NCBI GenBank assembly: GCA_965140445.1
Contig: OZ223236.1
Coordinates: 1,248,001 to 1,312,000, forward strand
Source of the DNA: Candidatus Ozemobacteraceae bacterium
GTDB lineage: Bacteria; Muiribacteriota; Ozemobacteria; Ozemobacterales; Ozemobacteraceae
Reading direction: 5' to 3'
Length of the DNA stretch: 64,000 nucleotides
Positions 55,905 to 64,000 of this stretch are shown here, in pieces. The translations under genes were made by a program, and so were the position numbers. Within the stretch, counting starts at the first letter, position 1; each line of letters starts with the position of its first letter. Below the pieces are notes generated by a model that did not search any database, had not been told where the DNA came from, and was given only the letters and a program-made list of their open reading frames with translations.

Positions 55905-57125
55905 TTGGAGTTGGTTTTGAAAAAGAATGGCCTATGGATTGCCACTGTTTTTACAGTTGTGTGCTGTCTTTTTATGCTTTCCGGGTGTTTAACCGGAAAC
56001 AATGAGGAGTTAAAAAAAGAAAGTTTGGAAGTCTGGTTGGACGCCACTCCTGAAGAGCTGGTCTTTTTCTCTGAAGTAGCAAATGACTTTAAAAGGATTG
56101 AAAAGGATCTGGAAGTTAAGTTTAGAGTAATTAAGCTTGATGATCTGAAACCTGCTTTTCTTAGTGTGTCTGGCGTCGCAAGTGGCCCCGATATGCTTCT
56201 TATCCCAGGGGATTGGGTTGGAGAGCTGGCAAAAAAGAATAAGGTCCGCGAAATTGATTTATCAGGTTTCAAGATTGATAAAGCTTTTGTTGAATGTTCA
56301 AAATTTTCAGGAAAGGCCTTTCTGGTCCCATGGTGCTTTGAAACTGTTGCCCTGATTTATAACAAGAAGCTAATAAAAGCGGCACCTGCCAACTATAAAG
56401 AACTTGCAGAAATCTCTCAAAAATTGGTCACTCAAAGTATTTATCCGCTTATGTATGATAATAAAAATTTCTATTACCACGCGCCGTGGTTCTTTGGCAT
56501 GGGAGCTGCTTTGTTTAAAGATGGTAAAACTGCTATTAATAGCCCCCAATCCAGAAAATCCATCGAATATGGGCTGAAGCTTGAAAACGAAAACATTGTC
56601 CCTGTGGGCTGCAATCAACCTGCAACAGTAAATTTATTTTGCGCTGGCAAAACCGCAATGATTATAAATGGGCCCTGGGTGCTGAATGAGCTTGATAGAA
56701 ACTTGGTAGAATACGGAGTTGAACTTATTCCAGAGATGAATAATGGCTTACCAGCACGACCTTTTTACGGAGTTAAGGGGTTTGCAATTTCCCAGGCTTC
56801 GGGAAAAACTAAACTCGCATTAAAATTTGCCCAACTCTTTAATTCCGGACTTTGCCAGAAGTCTGCCATGGAAAGACTCAACATTCTTCCATGTAATCAG
56901 GAAATCTACGAAGATTCCTATGTATCAGGCAAATATAAGGGTTTTTATCAACAGGTTAAGAATGGTGTACCAATGCCAAATATTCCTGAAATGAAATTTG
57001 TCTGGAATGAGGCAAATTGGCTTTTGAGACAGGCTTATCTTCCGGGAGCCAATTTAAACTCGTTACTTGAAGAGACAGAAAAAAAGATTGGAAAGCAAAT
57101 AGAAACAGAAGGAGCTAAAAAATGA
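55905..57125 (+). CDS. Extracellular solute-binding lipoprotein (MalE-like)
   Basis: Lipobox LSGC; GPD, ALIYNK, AMIINGPW, PMPNIPEM..VW. Confidence 0.85.
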   Translation: MELVLKKNGLWIATVFTVVCCLFMLSGCLTGNNEELKKESLEVWLDATPEELVFFSEVANDFKRIEKDLEVKFRVIKLDDLKPAFLSVSGVASGPDMLLIPGDWVGELAKKNKVREIDLSGFKIDKAFVECSKFSGKAFLVPWCFETVALIYNKKLIKAAPANYKELAEISQKLVTQSIYPLMYDNKNFYYHAPWFFGMGAALFKDGKTAINSPQSRKSIEYGLKLENENIVPVGCNQPATVNLFCAGKTAMIINGPWVLNELDRNLVEYGVELIPEMNNGLPARPFYGVKGFAISQASGKTKLALKFAQLFNSGLCQKSAMERLNILPCNQEIYEDSYVSGKYKGFYQQVKNGVPMPNIPEMKFVWNEANWLLRQAYLPGANLNSLLEETEKKIGKQIETEGAKK

Positions 57126-59209
57126 AAAAAGCTCTTGGGGGATTGTTTGTCTTAGTTGTTTGTATTCCATTATTTTTCTCTTTTCTTCTAATTTCAGATA
57201 TTCTCGGAAAAAGAATGGAAGCAGTAATCAAAAGGAGGGTTACATCGCAGCTGGAAATCGCTGGTAACCTTCTGAACAGGAACCTGGAAGAATTAACTTT
57301 AAAAGCCAGATTTATATCTCAGCAAAAAGACATTCAACAGGCTTTTTTAGATAAAAATCCTATTGAGCTTATTGATAGGCTTAACAGAATCAGGAAAGAT
57401 CTAAGATTGGATCTTTATGAGGGCGGTATAGAAATTTATGGTAAAGACGGGAAGCTTTTTGTATCCGAACCAGTTAATCCATTTAAAATTTCTGATGAAA
57501 CATCCGTAAATAAAGCTTTGTCAGGTGAGTTCTCCGAGATTCGTGTTAATCGAAACGGGCGACTCTTGTTTTGCACAACAGTTCCAATCTATTCCTCCAC
57601 TGAATCACAACCTGTCGGTGCCGTAACTCTTGGTTTTGTTCTAAATGATGCTTATGCAGATGAATTAAAGAGAGTTGCCACAACAGAGATTGTTTTGCTC
57701 GCTTTAAGTAAGAAGGATTGCTCTGTTCTTGCCACGACAGTAATGGAAAACGGTAAAAGGTTTTTTCCGGTATTACCTGGGCTGAATGAGCAATTTAGAG
57801 AGGTTGGTGTTGCAACCAGGAAGTTTATTATAAAAGCCAGAATTTTTGAAACAAAGTTTGGCTCTTTTGCTCTGGCAGTGGCTTTTGAGAAAACCGAATT
57901 GAGTTCGGTTATTGTTTCAATTAGAAGAATGCTGTTGTTTACAGCTTTAGGTGCAATTCTTTTTGCTCTTGGACTGGCTATCCTTTTCTCAAAAACCCTT
58001 ACTTCACCAATTGAAGCTCTTGTAAACGCAGCTCAGGAACTTGGTAAGGGAAACCTGGATGTGGCAATCAATCTTGATACGGCAACCGAAGAATTTTCTA
58101 TTCTGGGACAGACCTTTGATAACATGCGAAGCCAGATTAAAGCAAAGCTTCATGAACTGGAAATGGCCAATGATGAACTTGACCACAAGGTTTTCGATCT
58201 TTCTGTTAGGAATCTGATTAACCAGGCGATTATTACCAAGAATGAGGATTCAGTTCTAAGAGAATTACTTCAAATAATTGTTGATACAATGGGTGCTTCA
58301 AGAAGTTCAATGTTACTTGTCGATCCTCAGACGGATCGTCTTGCTCTTAAGGTTGTGGTTTTCCGGAATAAACCTGAAGAAGCTTTTGTTAGCGGGTCAA
58401 ATGATAAAAATGGTATCAGCTTTGAACTTGGAGAAGGAATTGCTGGCTATGTAGCAAAAACCGGGAAACCTGTTTTTTCTAACAATCCGGCCGATGACAT
58501 GAGATTTAAGCATGGTGATAAGGAAAGCGATAAGAAGTTGGAAAACCTTATCACTGTCCCACTAAGAGGTGAAAAAGAGATCCTTGGCGTGGTCAATCTT
58601 TCTGACAGGGCAGAAGACTTTACAGAAGAGGATCAGAATCTGCTCCAGGGGATTGCAGACCAGATAGCTATCGCTTTGCAAAAGGCAAGGCTTTATGAGC
58701 TCGCTATCACAGATGGAATGACAGGTCTTTATATTCATAGATACTTCCAAATGCGCCTGGAAGCTGAGGTAGCCAGGTCCAGAAGAAGCGAAGAACCTCT
58801 TAGTCTACTGATGTTCGATATAGATCATTTCAAGAAATTCAACGACACATGGGGGCACCAGTTAGGCGATAAAGTCATAAAGCTGGTTGCAGATACTATT
58901 CGGCAAAATGTTCGTGAAGGCATTGATATTCCTGCCAGATATGGCGGGGAAGAATTCGCAGTGATAATGCCGGATACAAACCTTGATGGAGCTGTAATTT
59001 TTGCTGAGCGCCTCAGAAAAGTAATTGAAAATGCTTCAATAATGCATGAAAAAACTGAGTTAAAAGTTACCATCAGTCTTGGTTGTGCCGCTTTCCCTTT
59101 ATGTGCCCTGGAGCGTGAAACATTAATCAAGGCGGCAGATACTGCTTTATATGTTTCCAAGGAAAAGGGCCGCAATTGTGTTAGCCGAGCCGAAAATCTT
59201 GAATCCTGA
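57122..59209 (+). CDS. Membrane diguanylate cyclase (periplasmic sensor-HAMP-GAF-GGDEF)
   Basis: Two TM helices, HAMP, GEGIAGYVA GAF, DIDHFKKFND.WGH, RYGGEEF. Confidence 0.92.
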   Translation: MKKALGGLFVLVVCIPLFFSFLLISDILGKRMEAVIKRRVTSQLEIAGNLLNRNLEELTLKARFISQQKDIQQAFLDKNPIELIDRLNRIRKDLRLDLYEGGIEIYGKDGKLFVSEPVNPFKISDETSVNKALSGEFSEIRVNRNGRLLFCTTVPIYSSTESQPVGAVTLGFVLNDAYADELKRVATTEIVLLALSKKDCSVLATTVMENGKRFFPVLPGLNEQFREVGVATRKFIIKARIFETKFGSFALAVAFEKTELSSVIVSIRRMLLFTALGAILFALGLAILFSKTLTSPIEALVNAAQELGKGNLDVAINLDTATEEFSILGQTFDNMRSQIKAKLHELEMANDELDHKVFDLSVRNLINQAIITKNEDSVLRELLQIIVDTMGASRSSMLLVDPQTDRLALKVVVFRNKPEEAFVSGSNDKNGISFELGEGIAGYVAKTGKPVFSNNPADDMRFKHGDKESDKKLENLITVPLRGEKEILGVVNLSDRAEDFTEEDQNLLQGIADQIAIALQKARLYELAITDGMTGLYIHRYFQMRLEAEVARSRRSEEPLSLLMFDIDHFKKFNDTWGHQLGDKVIKLVADTIRQNVREGIDIPARYGGEEFAVIMPDTNLDGAVIFAERLRKVIENASIMHEKTELKVTISLGCAAFPLCALERETLIKAADTALYVSKEKGRNCVSRAENLES

Positions 59210-59796
59210 TGATTGTTTTAAAATCTGATTGCGAATATTTTGAGGAAATCAAGAAGAGCAGATTTACCGCAATTGCTCATCGGGTGGAAAGCATCGCTGA
59301 GGCAGAAAATTTTATTCAATCTGTAAGGCAGGAAAGTGCTTCCCATAACGCATGGGCTTATAAAATTGGAAAAGAATACAGATTCAACGACGACGGAGAA
59401 GTTTCAGGAACCGCAGGAAAGCCTATTTTTAGTGCCATTGAATATAGCGGGTTAGATCAAATTGTTGTTGTGGTGATCAGATTTTTTGGTGGAATAAAGC
59501 TTGGCGCAGGAGGCCTGGTTCGGGCTTATGGCGGCGTAGCAACCGAATGTCTGAAGATCGCAGAAACAATTGAATTAGTGCCGGAAATTTGTGTCAGCGT
59601 GCAGGTCAGCTTTGCTGCAATGGGAGCTGTTTTTTCAGTTATCGAGAAATTCAATGGGTTGAGGGGCGCAGAAAACTTTAACGCAGAAGGCGTGGCCATT
59701 GAAGTAACCATTGCTGAATCAAGTCTTGAGGCTTTTAAAATCGCAGTTCGGAACGCAACCCTTGGGCAAGCAGTGGTAATAGAAAATAATAATTAA
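59209..59796 (+). CDS. yigZ: IMPACT/YigZ family protein
   Basis: IKKSRF, ASHNAWAY, DDGE..GTAG.P, RFFGGIKLGAGGLVRAY. Confidence 0.92.
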   Translation: MIVLKSDCEYFEEIKKSRFTAIAHRVESIAEAENFIQSVRQESASHNAWAYKIGKEYRFNDDGEVSGTAGKPIFSAIEYSGLDQIVVVVIRFFGGIKLGAGGLVRAYGGVATECLKIAETIELVPEICVSVQVSFAAMGAVFSVIEKFNGLRGAENFNAEGVAIEVTIAESSLEAFKIAVRNATLGQAVVIENNN

Positions 59797-59910
59797 GACT
59801 TGATTTTATTTTAATGTTAAATAGGTTAATCATAAGCCTTAAACTGGCTTATTGAAAAAATGGGTGAGAAATTATAAAATCTGCTCATAGATAATCAGGA
59901 GGAACTCAAA

Positions 59911-60471
59911 TTGCGAAAGATTAACATATTGGTTTTTGCACTATTCATTTTCTGCTTTGGAATTATTGTGCCTGGCTGCAGCCAGAGTGAAAGCGGACCC
60001 GCACCAGAAATATCGGCAGATGCCTGGTTGAATACTGAGCCACTTAAAATTGCTGATTTGAATGACAAGCTTGTTGTTGTTGAATTCTGGGCGACATGGT
60101 GCCCTCCATGCAGAAAGAGCATCCCTCATCTCAAGAAAATGAACGATGAATATAAAGACAAGGGCCTTGTGCTTATTTCTCTTACTCAAGAACCAAAAGA
60201 TAAGGTTGAAGGATTTGCAAAAAAAGCTGAAATGGATTGGGCTGTTGGTACTGGCAGTTCATCTGGAAGCGATTACGGCGTAATGGGAATTCCTCATGCC
60301 TTTATCGTAAAAGAAGGTAAGATTGTATGGCATGGTCATCCTATGAGTGGCATGGATGAAGAAGTTAAGAAGCACATTGCTACCCTTGCTTCAGTAGAAA
60401 AAAAAGAAGAAGCTAAATCCGAAGAGTCTTCTAGCGAAGAAGGCAAAAAAGTAGTAGATGAATCAGAATAA
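59911..60471 (+). CDS. TlpA-like thiol-disulfide oxidoreductase lipoprotein
   Basis: FWATWCPPC; YGVMGIP; lipobox-like VPGC. Confidence 0.88.
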   Translation: MRKINILVFALFIFCFGIIVPGCSQSESGPAPEISADAWLNTEPLKIADLNDKLVVVEFWATWCPPCRKSIPHLKKMNDEYKDKGLVLISLTQEPKDKVEGFAKKAEMDWAVGTGSSSGSDYGVMGIPHAFIVKEGKIVWHGHPMSGMDEEVKKHIATLASVEKKEEAKSEESSSEEGKKVVDESE

Positions 60472-60934
60472 ACTTATTGCGGGCGCGAAAGCGCCCGCTT
60501 TTAATTTAAAAGATCAGAATGGTGTTTCAGTAAAGCTTTCCGACAGTAAAGGGAAAAAGGCTCTGGTTTATTTTTATCCAAGAGCAAGCACTCCGGGTTG
60601 CACTGTTCAGGCATGTTCGCTTAGAGATGCTCTCAGTGATCTAAAAAAACATAATGTTGTGGTTTTTGGCTTAAGCCCTGACTTGCCTGAAAAACTTAAG
60701 AAATTTGAACAGAAGCAAAATTTGAATTTTTCGTTGCTGTCTGATCCCGAAATGAAGGTTGCAGACTCTTATGGAGTTGTTGGTGAGAAAACCATGTTCG
60801 GGAAAAAGAAAATCGGTGTTATTCGCTCCGCCTTTTTAATTGATGAAAAGGGTGAGATCTTGAACGCATGGTACAAGATCAGCCCAAAGGACACCGTCCC
60901 TGAAGTTCTGGAATTTCTAAGCGGTTTAAAGTAG
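60458..60934 (+). CDS. bcp: Peroxiredoxin Bcp/PrxQ
   Basis: YFYPRASTPGCTVQAC. Confidence 0.92.
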   Translation: MNQNKLIAGAKAPAFNLKDQNGVSVKLSDSKGKKALVYFYPRASTPGCTVQACSLRDALSDLKKHNVVVFGLSPDLPEKLKKFEQKQNLNFSLLSDPEMKVADSYGVVGEKTMFGKKKIGVIRSAFLIDEKGEILNAWYKISPKDTVPEVLEFLSGLK

Positions 60935-60966
60935 AATAACCCCAGAAAATCTCTGGAGGTTAACCC

Positions 60967-61734
60967 TTGAAGGGGCGACATCAAAAAACATACTACAAGT
61001 GGGGACTAGTATTAGTAGCACTTTCTGCTGCTACTTATGGCCTTCATTTTGCTATTTTCAGGGACTTTCATCACCTTGCCATATTTTTGCTTGAAGACCT
61101 GGCGTTTGTTTTTCTTGAAGTTCTTCTAGTTACTTTAACTATTCATCGTCTTATTGAATCAGAAGAAAGACGAAACCGACTTGAAAAGCTAAATATGGTT
61201 ATTGGTGCATTTTTTAGTGAAGTTGGTAACAACTTTTTAAGAATTTGTGTTTCAAATGACCCCAATATAGATGAGATAAGATCTCAGCTGATATTTAAAG
61301 GAACCGCAAAAGTTGAGGAACTACGTGCTCTTAGCGACCTTGTTAAAGGTTTTAAAACCTCAATAGATATTAAAAAGATCGATTTACATGATTTACGAAG
61401 ATTCTTGATTGATAATCGAAAGTTTCAGCTGCGATTGGTCGAAAACCCGGTTTTACTTGAGCATGAGCATTTCTCGGAACTACTGCGTTCTGTTTATCAT
61501 GTAACAGAAGAACTAATAGCCAGAATTGAACTGAAAGTTATGCCATATGAGGATGAAGCACATATAAAAACTGATATTGAGAGAGCCTATTCTTTATTAA
61601 TTAAAGAATGGTTCTATTACATAATTCATTTACGTGATGAATATCCTTATTTATTTTCGTTTTCGACTCGTATGAATCCTTTTAATCCAAATGCTTGCGC
61701 GGTTATTAACGCCTCCAATTGTAATGAATGCTGA
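60967..61734 (+). CDS. Conserved-looking hypothetical membrane protein
   Basis: Two TM helices then KLNMVIGAFFSEVG, ENPVLLEHE, YPYLFS; GGAGG RBS. Confidence 0.7.
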   Translation: MKGRHQKTYYKWGLVLVALSAATYGLHFAIFRDFHHLAIFLLEDLAFVFLEVLLVTLTIHRLIESEERRNRLEKLNMVIGAFFSEVGNNFLRICVSNDPNIDEIRSQLIFKGTAKVEELRALSDLVKGFKTSIDIKKIDLHDLRRFLIDNRKFQLRLVENPVLLEHEHFSELLRSVYHVTEELIARIELKVMPYEDEAHIKTDIERAYSLLIKEWFYYIIHLRDEYPYLFSFSTRMNPFNPNACAVINASNCNEC

Positions 61735-62440
61735 GTTTGATAAAATTTCTGACTTTAGTGGTTATCTGGAGAGGATAGATACAGAAGCTCTAAGATCATT
61801 TATCCAGAATCTTAAAGAACCCGTCTGGGAAAACGAACTTATTAATGTGGCTTTTGGGGTGGGGGACTCCTGGACAATACCAGCATTAACTTTGTATCGT
61901 CAGCATTTCAGCCTGTTTCATGTTTTACATAAGCTAAGACTTGAGTTTGAGCGGGAGAGAAAATTTCTGCATATCCATTTTATGCGAACCTTTTTAATAG
62001 ATATTCCTGCTGGTTGTAGATATTATTGCGCGGATCTTTCAAGTTTCTGCGGCGAGCCTCTGGAAAATGGATCGCATCTATGTAATTTTCATAGCAAGCT
62101 GCAGGGTGAAGCTCAGTTGGACGAGCTGTCTGATTATCATTTTTATATGGATGAAGAAAATTTTTATTCCATAACCGAAGAAAATGCAGAAGATTTTATA
62201 AATGGCGCATGGGAATTGATGGCAAATTTTAAAAAGGTGGAAGAAAGCTATCAGATACTTGGTCTGGCTCCAGGTAGTGATATGAAAACCACCAGACAGC
62301 GTTTCCGCTTTCTTGCCCGTGAACTGCACCCGGATGTCTCCACCCTTGAAAAAGCCACAGACGGAAAAGAGTTTGCTAAAGTTAACTCTGCCTATAGAAC
62401 AATTCAGAAATATCTTATGGGTCTCAAAATTAAAAAGTGA
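61724..62440 (+). CDS. DnaJ-related protein (C-terminal J domain)
   Basis: LYRQHFSLFHVLHKL N-domain; YQILGL...LARELHPD. Confidence 0.8.
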   Translation: MNAEFDKISDFSGYLERIDTEALRSFIQNLKEPVWENELINVAFGVGDSWTIPALTLYRQHFSLFHVLHKLRLEFERERKFLHIHFMRTFLIDIPAGCRYYCADLSSFCGEPLENGSHLCNFHSKLQGEAQLDELSDYHFYMDEENFYSITEENAEDFINGAWELMANFKKVEESYQILGLAPGSDMKTTRQRFRFLARELHPDVSTLEKATDGKEFAKVNSAYRTIQKYLMGLKIKK

Positions 62441-62572
62441 GTTGCAGACTGTTATCAAAGCTGACGAAGTATAGTAATAGCGGCTATTTAAAAGACTATG
62501 CAAATAATTTGTTCGATTTGGGAATGACAATGCTATAATTGTACATAGCAAGAATACGTTGGCAGAGGGACT

Positions 62573-63580
62573 ATGAAAAAGCAGGATATTGAATACAAAG
62601 TATTAAACATCCTTGAGCGCCTTGAGAAAGGCCATCCAATAGAGGATGACGAAGTTGAACTTAAAGCGGAATGGCCAAAAGATCATTTTCGTGCTGCCCG
62701 AAGAATTGCCGCGCATGCCAACGCTTCACGTGGTGAGCCAATTCTGTGGCTAATCGGAATTGATGAGAAAAAAGGTCCTGTGGGTGCCGACTTTGAAGAG
62801 TTATCCATATGGTATGCCAAGCTGAGATCTAATTTCGATCAGCTATTGGTGCCTAATCTCGTAAGTCTTGCAATTCCATACGAAGGCATGACAATTGTCG
62901 CGTTGCTTTTTGAAACAGAGCGATCTCCATATGTAATTAAAATACCTGAAGGAACAGGGCTTGTTTCCTATGAAGTTCCCTGGCGAGAGGCCAACTCAAC
63001 CAGATCCGCAAGACGTTCGGATCTGATCAAACTTTTGTATCCCATTCAAAAGAAGCCGAGACTTGAAGTTATTGATGGCAAAATTGAGCTGCAAAAAGCT
63101 CTCACCGGGCAGGGGCAGAATGGCTCTTCCACATATCAGTGGAGCTTGAATCTTAAGCTTTACATAGTAACCTTTTCATCAGAAACCATTGTTATCCCGC
63201 TTCATAAATGCGAGGTCGTTTTTAGACCCGCCGGAAGGCCAGATGAGCAGAAATTTGACGAGATAAGGCTTGCTCCGCCAACATCCTTTAATACGCGGGG
63301 CATGGAGAAAAAATCCCAATCCCTGACCGTTAGCGCAACGGATTACGAGGTGCTGATTGATACCGCCGGAATGATGCAACTTACTGGCGAATTGTTCGTT
63401 GAGAATCGCCCATCAGGCATGCTTTTTGAAGAAATTACTGTAAAAGGTCGCCTAAAGTCTCATCATATAGAAGATTTTGTAACTTTCAGCGTGGATTTCG
63501 CCCTGGTAGGCTCTCCAAAGCCCGATAATTCCGATCGCATTCTGGGCACCTGGAAACTGGTAAGTCCGGATAATTTTTAA
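62573..63580 (+). CDS. Schlafen/AlbA_2-like N-terminal domain protein
   Basis: EDDEVELK, IAAHANASRG..LWLIGIDE. Confidence 0.65.
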   Translation: MKKQDIEYKVLNILERLEKGHPIEDDEVELKAEWPKDHFRAARRIAAHANASRGEPILWLIGIDEKKGPVGADFEELSIWYAKLRSNFDQLLVPNLVSLAIPYEGMTIVALLFETERSPYVIKIPEGTGLVSYEVPWREANSTRSARRSDLIKLLYPIQKKPRLEVIDGKIELQKALTGQGQNGSSTYQWSLNLKLYIVTFSSETIVIPLHKCEVVFRPAGRPDEQKFDEIRLAPPTSFNTRGMEKKSQSLTVSATDYEVLIDTAGMMQLTGELFVENRPSGMLFEEITVKGRLKSHHIEDFVTFSVDFALVGSPKPDNSDRILGTWKLVSPDNF

Positions 63581-63600
63581 TAATTCTTTGGAGCCTTTGC

Positions 63601-64000
63601 ATGTCTGCCAACCGCTGGATAAAAGAACTAAACATGATTCGTCACCCCGAAGGTGGCTACTACGCCGAATTTTATCGTTCCGATTCAACTATTCGCAGGG
63701 AAGGTCTCCCCGAAGCCTTTGCGGGCGATAGATCATTTCTAACCTCAATCTATTTCCTGCTTGAAGGCCAGGACGTTTCAAAATTCCACCGCCTCAAATC
63801 CGACGAAATGTGGTATTTCCTTGATGGCTCCGAGCTGACCATCCACATAATTGCCCCAGATGGCAACTACTCAGCAAAAAAACTTGGTCGAAATCCCATG
63901 GGTGGAGCACCTTTCCAACAGGTCGTTCCCGCCGGAAACTGGTTCGGCTCCTCAGTAGACGCCCCCAACTCCTACGCCCTTGTAGCGTGCGCCGTCGGCC
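63601..64000 (+). CDS. Cupin_5 (DUF985) protein, 3' truncated by window edge
   Basis: Not in ORF track; MSANRWIKELNMIRHPEGGYYAEFYRS...TSIYFLL...SKFHRLKSDEMWYF. Confidence 0.9.
   Translation, partial: MSANRWIKELNMIRHPEGGYYAEFYRSDSTIRREGLPEAFAGDRSFLTSIYFLLEGQDVSKFHRLKSDEMWYFLDGSELTIHIIAPDGNYSAKKLGRNPMGGAPFQQVVPAGNWFGSSVDAPNSYALVACAVG

Noticed and set aside
565..63688. Numerous short overlapping or antisense ORFs in the track (e.g. 1379..1735, 6853..7116, 8504..8743, 26537..27184 and those inside the giant genes)
   Set aside because: Shadows of longer well-supported genes or of repeats, with no motifs; their recurrence in both giant genes only reflects the duplication

Overview
64 kb of AT-rich bacterial chromosome. 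The gene content suggests a diderm; the giant DUF2341/Ig proteins and pilin-like gene are reminiscent of Ca. Riflebacteria, but this is unverified. Three zones. (1) 1-5 kb: FG-GAP-like repeat gene end, L-serine dehydratase, methyltransferase, ankyrin/FGE-like protein. (2) About 5-25 kb: a mosaic accessory/defence island with a Gabija pair, a DUF3800 gene facing a small promoter-hairpin-terminator RNA, an orphan GHKL ATPase-nuclease, a two-gene GHKL kinase + STAS-MORC-ATPase-nuclease module, a DAC-like gene, hsdR and rhuM pseudogene fragments, and an intact Y1/HUH (RAYT-like) transposase. The terminal motif of that transposase (GGGTCGGACC / GGTCCGACCC, usually with end-specific irregular short tandem repeats) recurs eight times in intergenic positions of the island, including a 200-bp empty derivative and a pair of ends that bracket the GHKL cargo. 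(3) 25-64 kb: TetR + esterase, a pilin-like gene, two tandem ~3,310-aa secreted Ig/DUF2341 paralogues at an exact 10,200-bp offset with a near-identical tract, and mostly housekeeping or signalling genes. Best novelty candidates: the kinase-gated STAS-MORC-nuclease module, the RAYT-end-delimited cassette island, and the DUF3800/sRNA pair. All family calls are by eye from motifs; no searches were run.
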